This document shows positions 44,841 to 54,055 of a stretch of 64,000 nucleotides of DNA, piece by piece. Both the position numbers and the translations under genes were made by a program. The stretch spans positions 740,312 through 804,311 of the forward strand of contig OZ007025.1 of NCBI GenBank assembly GCA_963931545.1, in the 5' to 3' direction. The DNA comes from an uncultured Bacilli bacterium. Lineage in GTDB: Bacteria; Bacillota_I; Bacilli_A; RF39; UBA660. Every line of letters starts with the position of its first letter. Positions within the stretch are counted from its first letter, which is position 1. Below the pieces are notes generated by a model that was given only the letters and a program-made list of their open reading frames with translations, was not told where the DNA came from and ran no database searches.

Positions 44841-44879
44841 TAAAAAAAAGATAATTGATAGCAAAATTAATTATCTTTT
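44841..44879 (-). terminator. Terminator of the two-component operon
   Basis: 11-bp stem AAAAGATAATT/AATTATCTTTT overlapping the kinase stop, followed by a U-run on the - strand. Confidence 0.6.
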
Positions 44880-46285
44880 GGAATTTCGAAATAAAATGTT
44901 GCACCTTTATCAGAACTTTCAACTCCATATTTGTAATTATGCATTTGTAAAATGTTTTTAACAATTGATAATCCTAAACCAGTACCATAATTATTTCTTT
45001 TGTGTTTTTTATCACTGTGGTAATATTTATCCCATATATGTTTTAAATCTTCTTTTTTTATTCCTTTACCAGTATCCTTAATTTCTACTTTATAAAAATG
45101 CTTTTCCTCTATTATATTAATATAAACCTTTTTATCTTCGCCAGTATAATTAATTGCATTATTTATCAAATTATAAATTACTTGATATATTCTTTTATAA
45201 TCAGCATTTATGATAACATCATCAGTATAATTAAATATAAATTGATAACTTTCTTTTTCGGATAAGATATTAAATTTTTTGATTATTTGTTTAATAAGTT
45301 CTATTAGATTAATTTTTTCTTTTTTTAGTGTTTCGTTACCTGATTGTACAGCTGATAAATCTAATATATCATTGACAAGTAAAGTAAGTCTATCAGTTTC
45401 ATCTATAATAATATTTAGATTTTCATCCATTTTTTCTTTATTGTTATAAGTTATATCTCTAACCATTTCTGCATAAGCCTTAATCATTGTAAGTGGGGTT
45501 TTTAAATCATGAGAAACGTTGGCCATTAAATCTCTTTTTAAAGTTTCGGTTTTATAGAGTTCTTCTTTCGCATACTTTAAAGAATCAGCTAGTTCATTAA
45601 TTTCATAGATATCACTTGAGGCGTTAAAGTTTGCATCAAAATTTCCATCAGCGAGTTTCTTAGCTTCATCACTAATTTTAATAATTGGTTTTGATAATTT
45701 TTTAGATATAAAATAACCTATTATCAAAGATAAGATAAGTACAATAATTGTTGTAATAACAAACTGATTGCTGAGGATTGTAATAGTTGAATCTAAAGGC
45801 TCTAAAGAGGCGTTTATAAAAGCATACATATCTTTATCTAATTTTAAGGCATATATTAAAGTTTCGTTTTTAAATTCTTCATTAATTAAATTGTAATGTT
45901 GTTCTAAAAGACCACTACTTATAAAATCTTTTTTAACTTTAAAATTTTTATTTCCAAATTCCATACATCCTTTATTGGAAACGGTTGAAACATATATATC
46001 ATCACCGTATATTTCAATACATATATCTCTTTTTTTGGCAATGCTTTCAATATAATTTGAACTTAGATGATTAACTTTTCTAAGTTCGGTTGCGGCTTTA
46101 TCTAGTTCACTTGTCTTATAAGATTTATAATATGAATCTAAAAAAACAATTTGGAAAAACCATAGAAAACATAGGATAAATATAGAAAAACCAATTAAAA
46201 AAAGCCAAATATTGATTTTTAAACTATTTGTTTTAGTGTTTTTTAATTGATATTTTATTTTCCTGATAAACTCTTTAATTTTCAT
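44867..46285 (-). CDS. Sensor histidine kinase (2 TM, HAMP, HisKA, HATPase)
   Basis: 472 aa. H-box is SHDLKTPLT; N/G boxes are NNAINYT and GTGLGLSIV. Confidence 0.85.
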   Translation of the reverse strand: MKIKEFIRKIKYQLKNTKTNSLKINIWLFLIGFSIFILCFLWFFQIVFLDSYYKSYKTSELDKAATELRKVNHLSSNYIESIAKKRDICIEIYGDDIYVSTVSNKGCMEFGNKNFKVKKDFISSGLLEQHYNLINEEFKNETLIYALKLDKDMYAFINASLEPLDSTITILSNQFVITTIIVLILSLIIGYFISKKLSKPIIKISDEAKKLADGNFDANFNASSDIYEINELADSLKYAKEELYKTETLKRDLMANVSHDLKTPLTMIKAYAEMVRDITYNNKEKMDENLNIIIDETDRLTLLVNDILDLSAVQSGNETLKKEKINLIELIKQIIKKFNILSEKESYQFIFNYTDDVIINADYKRIYQVIYNLINNAINYTGEDKKVYINIIEEKHFYKVEIKDTGKGIKKEDLKHIWDKYYHSDKKHKRNNYGTGLGLSIVKNILQMHNYKYGVESSDKGATFYFEIPKDN

Positions 46286-46946
46286 CTTTTACCACAAATT
46301 TATATCCTACGCCTCTAACTGTTGTAATTAAATCTCTATATGGGCCCAAATTATTTCTAAGCATCTTGACATGGGTATCAATTGTCCTATCATCTCCAAA
46401 GAAATCATAACCCCATATTTTATTTAAAAGTTGATTCCTAGATAAAGCGATATTTTCATTAGTTACAAAATAACATAATAATTCGTATTCTTTAAGGGTT
46501 AATTTAATCTCTTTACCATCGATATATACTGCATGGCCTGGATAGTCTATCTTTAAACCTTGATATTCGTAAGTATCTGGTGTCATTTTACCACTTCTTT
46601 TTAAAATGGCTTTTATTCTAGCTAAAAGTTCTTTAGGACTAAATGGTTTAGTTAAATAATCATCTGTTCCTAAATCAAAACCTCTTAATTTATCATATTC
46701 TTCATTGCGCGCTGATAATATGATTACAGGAATATTATTTATTTTTTTAACTTCTTCTAAAAAGGTCATACCATCCATTTTAGGCATCATAATATCTAAT
46801 ATTATTAAATCAATTTTTTCATTTTGAATAATATCTAGAGCTTCTAAACCGTTTTCGGCTTCGACGGTTTCATAATTTTCAGTTTCGGCATATGTTTTAA
46901 TAACATCTCTTATAAGTTTTTCATCATCAACTATTAGTAAACGCAT
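46275..46946 (-). CDS. OmpR-family response regulator
   Basis: 223 aa. Receiver domain LIVDDE...DIMMPKMDG and a winged-helix C-terminus. Overlaps the kinase gene by 11 nt. Confidence 0.9.
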   Translation of the reverse strand: MRLLIVDDEKLIRDVIKTYAETENYETVEAENGLEALDIIQNEKIDLIILDIMMPKMDGMTFLEEVKKINNIPVIILSARNEEYDKLRGFDLGTDDYLTKPFSPKELLARIKAILKRSGKMTPDTYEYQGLKIDYPGHAVYIDGKEIKLTLKEYELLCYFVTNENIALSRNQLLNKIWGYDFFGDDRTIDTHVKMLRNNLGPYRDLITTVRGVGYKFVVKDEN

Positions 46947-47004
46947 AAAATCATCTCCATATTAATTATATATAATAAGTGTGAAAATTTAGTGAAAAAA
47001 AGTT

Positions 47005-47400
47005 TTATGCTACCATAGAAACTTTTCTAGCTTTGCATAAAACTTTAACTTTATCATCTTTAGTCATTGCATCAGTTAATACTTCTTCTTTACCTTTAAT
47101 AACTTTTATATTACATTGTGGTTTGGTTACTTGTAGAGGTATTATTCTAGCAATCATATGATTTAAACTAGTTTTACCTTTTTCATCTAAATATATATTA
47201 GCAAGATGTTTTATACTAATAGTATTTTCAGAAATAAAATCATCTAATTTTTGTTTGTCTTCTTTAGTGATATTATCTAAATTATTAGTTAAATCATATA
47301 TTTCTTTAACTAATTTAAAATCAATAACATCATGTTCTTCATTATATGTTTTAAGAGCATTTCTAATACTTTTTAAATAAGAAATTTTTTCTTTTACCAT
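47005..47400 (-). CDS. Hypothetical cytoplasmic protein
   Basis: AGGAAG RBS upstream of the internal ATG (MVKEKISYL), about 131 aa. No recognisable motif. Confidence 0.45.
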   Translation of the reverse strand: MVKEKISYLKSIRNALKTYNEEHDVIDFKLVKEIYDLTNNLDNITKEDKQKLDDFISENTISIKHLANIYLDEKGKTSLNHMIARIIPLQVTKPQCNIKVIKGKEEVLTDAMTKDDKVKVLCKARKVSMVA

Positions 47401-47473
47401 ACAATCACTTCCTTTTTTAGACATGTTTAATTATACCTCTAAAACGACAACTTGTCAAGTTGTGTCAATTTTT

Positions 47474-48100
47474 TTAATTTCTGTTAATAATTTTCTTGAC
47501 AAGTGTTTTTTCATTTTGAATATATCTTCGCTCATAAATACTAATTATTTTTTGCCTTAGTTTTAAAAAATCTAAAAAACTAACATCAGTTTGATTTAAA
47601 AATAAATCCATATCTGCAATTATACTAACCGCTTCTTCTAAAGTCATACTTTTTTTTAGTTCATCTATTAAACTAAATATATCGTTGTTAAAATAGTCTT
47701 TCATCATATCTTCTTTATTTTCGTAAAAGTTTTCAAGTTCAAGTGCTAGATAGGTTAAATATATATAACCTTCGGTTTTACTTTGGAATAATCTTTGATT
47801 TAAAAGTTCGGTATATCCTTCGTTTAAACCATTACAAAAAAGGCCAGCTTTTTTAAACGTAGTGCTAAAACCAACCATATTATATTCATTATTACTTGAA
47901 GCTACATGTAATAATTCATGATATAAAACTGCCTTTTTATCACTATATATTTTTATTTGATTTTTCATAGGAATATATGTACCAGTTGTTATAACTCCTC
48001 TATTACTATTAGCTTCTTCAAAAGAATGATATTCAATAGAAATATCTTCTACTTTAGCTATAAAATTTCTAAGATTTTCTTTAGGCATTATATTAATCAT
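47474..48100 (-). CDS. Hypothetical protein with HExxH...NEGxxE (gluzincin-like) motif
   Basis: 208 aa. HELLHV is followed 28 residues later by NEGYTE. No signal peptide. Confidence 0.45.
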   Translation of the reverse strand: MINIMPKENLRNFIAKVEDISIEYHSFEEANSNRGVITTGTYIPMKNQIKIYSDKKAVLYHELLHVASSNNEYNMVGFSTTFKKAGLFCNGLNEGYTELLNQRLFQSKTEGYIYLTYLALELENFYENKEDMMKDYFNNDIFSLIDELKKSMTLEEAVSIIADMDLFLNQTDVSFLDFLKLRQKIISIYERRYIQNEKTLVKKIINRN

Positions 48101-48147
48101 ACTTTGTATAAATATATATAAGTTGTTATTTTCTGTTTTTAATTTTT

Positions 48148-48396
48148 CTAAGATATTTTCAAATTTTTTATTTTCTTCTTTAGAAAAATGGATAACTTTT
48201 TTTTGTTAGGTTTGATAATTCCTCTACTAAAAGATTTAATTAAACTTTGTTTTTGTTTTTCGATGTTTTCCATGCTATTTTTTAACCGTTCTTTTTTTTC
48301 TTTATGAGATTTATATATTTTTTTGCCATCATAATATAACATGAGACTATTTAGACCTATAAATATAACAATATAAATTTTTATGAATATATCCAT
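48148..48396 (-). CDS. Small single-TM protein with a Lys-rich tail
   Basis: AAGGAA RBS lies 8 nt upstream of the ATG at 48396 (MDIFIKIYIVIF...). The track start at 48504 would overlap the ABC gene. Confidence 0.45.
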   Translation of the reverse strand: MDIFIKIYIVIFIGLNSLMLYYDGKKIYKSHKEKKERLKNSMENIEKQKQSLIKSFSRGIIKPNKKKLSIFLKKKIKNLKIS

Positions 48397-48460
48397 TATA
48401 ATCATTCCTTTTTTCGTATTATAACAAACTTTAAATAAAAAGAAAAGCAAGTTTTTAAAC

Positions 48461-50782
48461 TTACTTTTCAAACTGTGAGTTATATAAATTTGCATAAAAG
48501 CCATTTTGCTTCATAAGTTCTTCATGATTTCCTTGTTCAACAATATTTCCTTCTTTCATAACTAAGATTAAATCAGCATTTTTAATGGTTGATAATCTAT
48601 GAGCAATGATAAATGAAGTTTTACCTTCAGTTAATTTATCCATGGCTGTTTGCACTAATTCTTCAGTTCTAGTATCAACATTAGAAGTTGCTTCATCTAA
48701 GATTAAAAATGGTGTTTCTTTAATCATTCCTCTTGCAATTGTAAGCAACTGTCTTTGACCAGCTGATACACTTTCGTTATCAGTAAGTGCAGTATTATAT
48801 CCTTTAGATAAAGTTCTAATAAAATGGTCTAATCCAACTTCTTTACAAACTTCTTTAACTTTTTCATCTGAAACATCTTCTCTATTATAAACTATATTTT
48901 CTTTAATGGTTCCTTCGAATAACCAAGTATCTTGAAGAACCATTGTAAATAAATCGTGAATATTTTCTCTAGTTAATTCTTTTGTTGAAACTCCATCAAT
49001 TTTTATATCTCCAGAATTTATATCATAAAATTTCATGAGTAAATTAACCATAGTTGTTTTACCTGCTCCAGTTGGACCTACAATAGCTATTTTTTGACCT
49101 GGTTTAGCATGTGCTGTAAAATTTTTGATAGTTGGGTTATCATTACCATCATATTTAAAGACAACATTTTCAAAATCAATATATCCTTTAACTTTATCAA
49201 TATCTAATTTTTGAGTGGTTTTTTCTTTGCTCATTTCTTCTTCATCGATAAAATCAAATACTCTTTCACTGGCAGCAGCTGTTGATTGAAGTGAGGTCAT
49301 TGCTTGAGCTATTTGTGAAAGTGGATTTGTAAATAATCTAACATATGTCATAAATGCAACAATGACACCAAATGAAATTTGTCCATTCATTGTAAGCATA
49401 GCTCCAACGATACATACGGCTACATATCCAAAGTTACCAATAAAAGCCATTATTGGTTGCATTAAACCTGATAAAAATTGACTTTTCTTATTACTTTGAC
49501 ATACTTTATCATTATATTTATTGAATTTTTCGCTAGCTTCTTCTTTACCATTATAAGCTTTTACAACATTTAAACCAGAATATATTTCTTCAATATGGCC
49601 ATTTAGATTACCTAGTTCTGTTTGTCTTTGTAAGAAATATTTTTGTGAGTTTCTTAAAATTAAAGCCATACCAATAAATCCAATTAAACTTGATAAAATG
49701 GCTGTTAAAGCTAAAATCCAGTTAGTTACAAACATCATAATAATACTACCTAAAAATAATGTTATACTACTAACTAATGATGCAAGCGATTGATTCATTG
49801 ACATAGCAATCATATCGACATCGTTGGTTATTCTAGATAATATATCACCTGTTTGGTGTTTGTCAAAATATTTTAAAGGTAATTTATTTATTTTTATAGA
49901 TATTCTACTTCTTAAATTATTTGCAAATTTGTTTGCGACATCAGTCATGCATATTGATTGAATATATGTAAATAATGCGCTTGCTAGATACATACATACT
50001 AGTAATAAACAAATTGCTTTAATTTTATCCATATCCATAACAGGGTTAATTACTTCTTTAATACTTGCAGGTAAAGTATCTAGTTTATTATATAATTCAG
50101 TTTGTGAAGCATTTTTATCCATGCTACTTAAGGTTTTTAAATATTTATATTGGTCGTTTGGACTTATTTTAATGCCATCAATAGTTATTTCTTCAAAAAA
50201 TATTTTTTGTAAGTTTTTAGGTAAATTAATATCTTTGGAATCTTTAGATATATTAATGATATTTAATTTATCTTCAGTAGTTATGTTAATTTCTTCGTAT
50301 TTAGAATTTTTGAATATTTTATTTAAAATATTTTGTGGTAAGGTACTTAAATTTGAAAAAGCTTCACTAGGATTATCTTTCATCTTATTTAATATTTCTT
50401 TAAATTTGACTTTATCTTCTGCATTAATATTATTATCACTTAAAATGTTTCTAATATTATCTTCAGAAACATCTGGGTTTAATATTTTTGGAAGTATTTC
50501 TTTTAATTTATCTTCATTTAAATTTTCATTAACCTTTTTATTTAAAGCTTCCATATTGTCTTGATTAATAACTAAACCTTTAGATATTTCATCGATTAAA
50601 TCTGATAATCTATCAGGAGCTAGGATTGATAATACTGAGCCAAGTATAGCTAAAGTAAAGGCTATAATAATTAAGGTTTTATAGGTATTAAGCTCTGTAA
50701 ATAATCTTTTGATAGCTCCTTTAAAATCTCTAGCTTTTTCATAAGTTGGACCACCTCCTGGTCCATGATTTGGTCTAGGCAT
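48461..50782 (-). CDS. ABC exporter half-transporter (TMD-NBD) with a ~190-aa insertion between TM1 and TM2
   Basis: 773 aa. Walker A GPTGAGKTT, signature VSAGQRQ, Walker B FLILDEATS. The insertion spans aa ~57-255 (nt ~50020-50614). Confidence 0.85.
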   Translation of the reverse strand: MPRPNHGPGGGPTYEKARDFKGAIKRLFTELNTYKTLIIIAFTLAILGSVLSILAPDRLSDLIDEISKGLVINQDNMEALNKKVNENLNEDKLKEILPKILNPDVSEDNIRNILSDNNINAEDKVKFKEILNKMKDNPSEAFSNLSTLPQNILNKIFKNSKYEEINITTEDKLNIINISKDSKDINLPKNLQKIFFEEITIDGIKISPNDQYKYLKTLSSMDKNASQTELYNKLDTLPASIKEVINPVMDMDKIKAICLLLVCMYLASALFTYIQSICMTDVANKFANNLRSRISIKINKLPLKYFDKHQTGDILSRITNDVDMIAMSMNQSLASLVSSITLFLGSIIMMFVTNWILALTAILSSLIGFIGMALILRNSQKYFLQRQTELGNLNGHIEEIYSGLNVVKAYNGKEEASEKFNKYNDKVCQSNKKSQFLSGLMQPIMAFIGNFGYVAVCIVGAMLTMNGQISFGVIVAFMTYVRLFTNPLSQIAQAMTSLQSTAAASERVFDFIDEEEMSKEKTTQKLDIDKVKGYIDFENVVFKYDGNDNPTIKNFTAHAKPGQKIAIVGPTGAGKTTMVNLLMKFYDINSGDIKIDGVSTKELTRENIHDLFTMVLQDTWLFEGTIKENIVYNREDVSDEKVKEVCKEVGLDHFIRTLSKGYNTALTDNESVSAGQRQLLTIARGMIKETPFLILDEATSNVDTRTEELVQTAMDKLTEGKTSFIIAHRLSTIKNADLILVMKEGNIVEQGNHEELMKQNGFYANLYNSQFEK

Positions 50783-52532
50783 TTTCTAATTCCTCCTTTG
50801 ATAATTGTGATAAAGCTATTTCTTTATAGACATCACAATTTTTTAATAATTCTTTATGAGTGCCTATACCGACACATTTACCACTATCCAATACAACAAT
50901 TTTATCAGCATTCATAATAGTTCCTATTCTTTGAGCTACTATTAAACTAGTCGCATCTTTAGTGTATTTTTTTAATTCTTTTCTTAAAACAGCATCAGTT
51001 TTATAATCTAAGGCGGAAAATGAATCATCAAATATATATATTTCTGGGTCTCTCGCAATGGCTCTAGCAATAGCTAATCTTTGTTTTTGACCACCAGATA
51101 CATTACTACCACCTTGGGCGATATGTGTTTTATATTTGTTATCCATTTTTTCAATAAATTCACTTGCTTGCGCTACTTCAGCGGCTTCTTTTATCTTTTC
51201 TTGAGTTATTTCTTTTCCGTTATCTCCATATGAAATATTATAATTAACTGTACCTGCAAACATAACGGCTTTTTGAGGAACATAGCCTAATTTATTATTT
51301 AAAGTTTCTGGTTTATATTCTTTAACATTAATTCCATCAATCAACACTTCACCTTCAGTTGCATCATAAAATCTTGGAACTAAATTAATTAAAGTTGATT
51401 TACCAGAACCTGTTGAGCCGATAAAAGCAATTGTTTCTCCTTTATTTACTTTAAAGGAAATGTTTTCTAAAACATATTCATCTGCGTCTGGATATTTAAA
51501 TGATACGTTTTTAAATTCAACTGTTCCTTTTTCTTTAGTTTCTCCATCAAATGTACCTGGAATAATATTTTGTTTGGTATCTAAAACTTCATTTATTCTT
51601 TTAGCAGATACTTCGGCACGTGGTATCATCATAAATATCATAGCTAACATTAAAAATGACATAATTACTTGCATAGCATATGAACTAAAGACAATCATAT
51701 TACCAAATAAAGTTATTTTATCTGCCAAAACAGAATTTTGAATTAGACCTGCTCCAATAAAATATATGGATAATGTTAGTCCATACATAATTAAATACAT
51801 TACAGGCATCATGATAGCAAATTTCTTTTGATTGAATAATTGCATATTAGTTAATTTATCATTTGTTTCATCAAACTTATTTTCTTGGTATTTTTCGGCA
51901 TTAAAAGCTCTTACTACTCTAATACCCGTTAAATTTTCCCTAGCTAAACCGTTTATTTTATCAATCAATTTTTGAACTATTTTAAATCTTGGAATAACAA
52001 TTATCATAAGCATAGTAATAACACCTAATAAGATTAAGACAGCAACTCCTGTAACGGCACTCCACTGCCAACCTTTATTTAATATTTTAGTGATAGCCCA
52101 TACAGCGGTAATAGGTGCTTTAACTAATAATTGAAGTCCCATAGCAACAAGCATTTCTATTTGGGTAACATCATTTGTTGTTCTAGTAATTAAACTGCTT
52201 GTTTGAAAATTTTTAACTTCTTCGGTATCTAAATTTTGAACTTTATCAAATATTTGTTTTCTTGTGTTTTTAGAAAATTCTGAAGCAATATATGAGGCAA
52301 AGTATCCCGCACCAACGGCAAAAATTAAACTGCCTAAAGCACATAATACCATATAGCTACCGTTTAAAATTATTTCACTCATTTCACTGCCTTCAGTTTG
52401 AACTAGGACTGTAATTTCAGACATATAGTCAGGAATTTTAAGTTCTAACCATACTTGGCCAACAATTAAAATAATACAAAATAATGCGAATAACCATTCT
52501 TTCTTAGTTAAATTTTTTAATAGTTTTAACAT
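50775..52532 (-). CDS. ABC exporter half-transporter (TMD-NBD), partner subunit
   Basis: 585 aa. Walker A GSTGSGKST, signature VSGGQKQ, Walker B IYIFDDSFS. Overlaps the partner gene by 8 nt. Confidence 0.9.
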   Translation of the reverse strand: MLKLLKNLTKKEWLFALFCIILIVGQVWLELKIPDYMSEITVLVQTEGSEMSEIILNGSYMVLCALGSLIFAVGAGYFASYIASEFSKNTRKQIFDKVQNLDTEEVKNFQTSSLITRTTNDVTQIEMLVAMGLQLLVKAPITAVWAITKILNKGWQWSAVTGVAVLILLGVITMLMIIVIPRFKIVQKLIDKINGLARENLTGIRVVRAFNAEKYQENKFDETNDKLTNMQLFNQKKFAIMMPVMYLIMYGLTLSIYFIGAGLIQNSVLADKITLFGNMIVFSSYAMQVIMSFLMLAMIFMMIPRAEVSAKRINEVLDTKQNIIPGTFDGETKEKGTVEFKNVSFKYPDADEYVLENISFKVNKGETIAFIGSTGSGKSTLINLVPRFYDATEGEVLIDGINVKEYKPETLNNKLGYVPQKAVMFAGTVNYNISYGDNGKEITQEKIKEAAEVAQASEFIEKMDNKYKTHIAQGGSNVSGGQKQRLAIARAIARDPEIYIFDDSFSALDYKTDAVLRKELKKYTKDATSLIVAQRIGTIMNADKIVVLDSGKCVGIGTHKELLKNCDVYKEIALSQLSKEELENA

Positions 52533-52975
52533 ATTTTCATCCTTTCTTCTTTTATGTTTTGATTCATTTTAGCCAGCACTGATAAAAAAATATCTAAATC
52601 TTTTTTATCAATTCCTTTGGTAACAACGTTTTCAGCGCTGTTTAAACTTTTTTTGACTGTTTCAAAATTAATAAGAGCTTTATCGCTTAGGATAATTTCT
52701 TTTATTCTAGTATCATTTTTATCTGGAATTTTATAAATAAGGCCATTTTTTTCCATTGTTTTTAAAATTTCAGATAATGTAGCTCTCCTTAAATTTAAAG
52801 CATTACCAATATCTCTTTGATAAACTTTATCGCCTTTTTTTGAGAGTATATAATGAAGAATTTGCATTTGCGCAGGTGTTGGAAATTCTTTTTTTTCTAC
52901 TTTAGTTTCACATATATATCTAATAATTTCGTGATTTAAGTTTTTTATTTGATAAGTTACTCTTAACTTTTCCAT
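52526..52975 (-). CDS. MarR-family transcriptional regulator
   Basis: 149 aa. Winged-HTH segment QRDIGNALNLRRATLSEILKTMEKNGLI. Overlaps the downstream ABC gene by 7 nt. Confidence 0.8.
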   Translation of the reverse strand: MEKLRVTYQIKNLNHEIIRYICETKVEKKEFPTPAQMQILHYILSKKGDKVYQRDIGNALNLRRATLSEILKTMEKNGLIYKIPDKNDTRIKEIILSDKALINFETVKKSLNSAENVVTKGIDKKDLDIFLSVLAKMNQNIKEERMKIC

Positions 52976-53004
52976 AAATCCACCTTCTTTAACACCCGTA
53001 GTAC

Positions 53005-53047
53005 ATTTTATTACTTATTATAAAAATTGTCAATAACCTAACAATTT
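53005..53047 (-). promoter_or_regulatory. Promoter of the marR-ABC operon with an overlapping inverted repeat (candidate MarR operator)
   Basis: On the - strand: TTGACA (53033-53028), 17-nt spacer, TAAAAT (53010-53005). Inverted repeat AAATTGT-N10-ACAATTT at 53024-53047 overlaps the -35. Confidence 0.45.
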
Positions 53048-53086
53048 AATTTTGTGTTTTACTTATTTTACCATAATTGGCGTTTT

Positions 53087-53109
53087 AAAAAGATAAGCAG
53101 AACTTATCT
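53087..53109 (-). terminator. Terminator of the CE4 deacetylase gene
   Basis: Stem AGATAAG/CTTATCT followed by U4 on the - strand. Confidence 0.6.
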
Positions 53110-53975
53110 TAATTGTTGATGTGGTGATGAATTTGCGGAGTATTTTTGGTTATTTTAGCAAAGGTGTAACCGTTTGTTTTAGCATATTTAATAATATCTC
53201 TTAGGGCATCTTTGGTTGAGACTTTGGTAGATAAGTCATGCATTAAAATTATATTAGTTCCACTATGTAGTCTATTCGTTACATTCATATAAATGTCTTC
53301 TTTAGTTAAATTTCCCGAAGCATCTTCACTATCGATGTCCCAGTCAAAATAGTAAAATGATTTTTCTGTTAATGCACTAGTTATTCTAGTGATGATACCA
53401 AGATTATATTTTTTAGATATAGTGTTAGAAGACCCGCCCGGCAATCTTATAATCCTAGATTTAACTCCCGTTATCCTAAAGACTTTTTGTCTAATATTAT
53501 TTAAGTCATTAAAGTAATTTTCATCAGATGAATAAACATAACTATAATTATGGGTTGAGGTATGAAGACCAATAGTATGGTTTTCAGCTTGCATTCTTCT
53601 TACTACATCAGCATATTTATCAATTTGTCTTTCAGTGACAAAGAATGTTGCTGGAACATTTTCATCTTTTAAAATGTCTAATATTTCTTCTGTTAAGTAA
53701 CTAGGTCCATCATCGAAGGTTAAGTAGACTGTTTTGTCAGAAATTATTGATGGATTAATATTTTCTTTTTTTATTTGTTTTTGTTTAGGGTAATTTATTT
53801 TTTTATTATAATTAACTAAAGGTTTTATTTCTTTAAAAGTTTGTTTTGGTACATTTATTTTAATTAAATAATTTATAAAAAAAGCAATATTTAAAAACAA
53901 ACAGATAATGATGATTATAGGAATTTTGTATTTTGTAATATATTTTTTAATATTTTGATACTGCATACTTCTCAC
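53109..53975 (-). CDS. Membrane-anchored polysaccharide deacetylase (CE4/NodB)
   Basis: 288 aa. Motifs VYLTFDDGP, HTIGLHTSTH and IIRLPGGS. Confidence 0.85.
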   Translation of the reverse strand: MRSMQYQNIKKYITKYKIPIIIIICLFLNIAFFINYLIKINVPKQTFKEIKPLVNYNKKINYPKQKQIKKENINPSIISDKTVYLTFDDGPSYLTEEILDILKDENVPATFFVTERQIDKYADVVRRMQAENHTIGLHTSTHNYSYVYSSDENYFNDLNNIRQKVFRITGVKSRIIRLPGGSSNTISKKYNLGIITRITSALTEKSFYYFDWDIDSEDASGNLTKEDIYMNVTNRLHSGTNIILMHDLSTKVSTKDALRDIIKYAKTNGYTFAKITKNTPQIHHHINN

Positions 53976-54055
53976 CTACTACAATTATACCTTAAAATAT
54001 AAGCTTTTTCAAAGTTTTTACTATATTAATATAAAAGTCTACTGTTTTAGTAGAC

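Noticed and set aside
48397-48504. Long version of the small ORF starting at 48504
   Set aside because: It would overlap the 3' end of the ABC gene by 44 nt. An internal ATG at 48396 has a properly spaced AAGGAA RBS.
50121-50564. Plus-strand ORF of 147 aa
   Set aside because: It is antisense to the insertion region of the ABC exporter. The product is Leu/Ser/Phe-rich and composition-driven. The same reasoning applies to the other short antisense track ORFs: 1881-2093, 6194-6376, 6898-7098, 12687-12902, 13399-13873, 13988-14200, 15380-15565, 15841-16044, 18135-18422, 18971-19153, 20131-20322, 20782-21018, 21775-22047, 22666-23076, 25259-25465, 26356-26764, 27986-28171, 29927-30148, 30931-31128, 32071-32514, 34439-34666, 37551-37736, 38914-39114, 39548-39778, 51460-51741 and 56738-56920.
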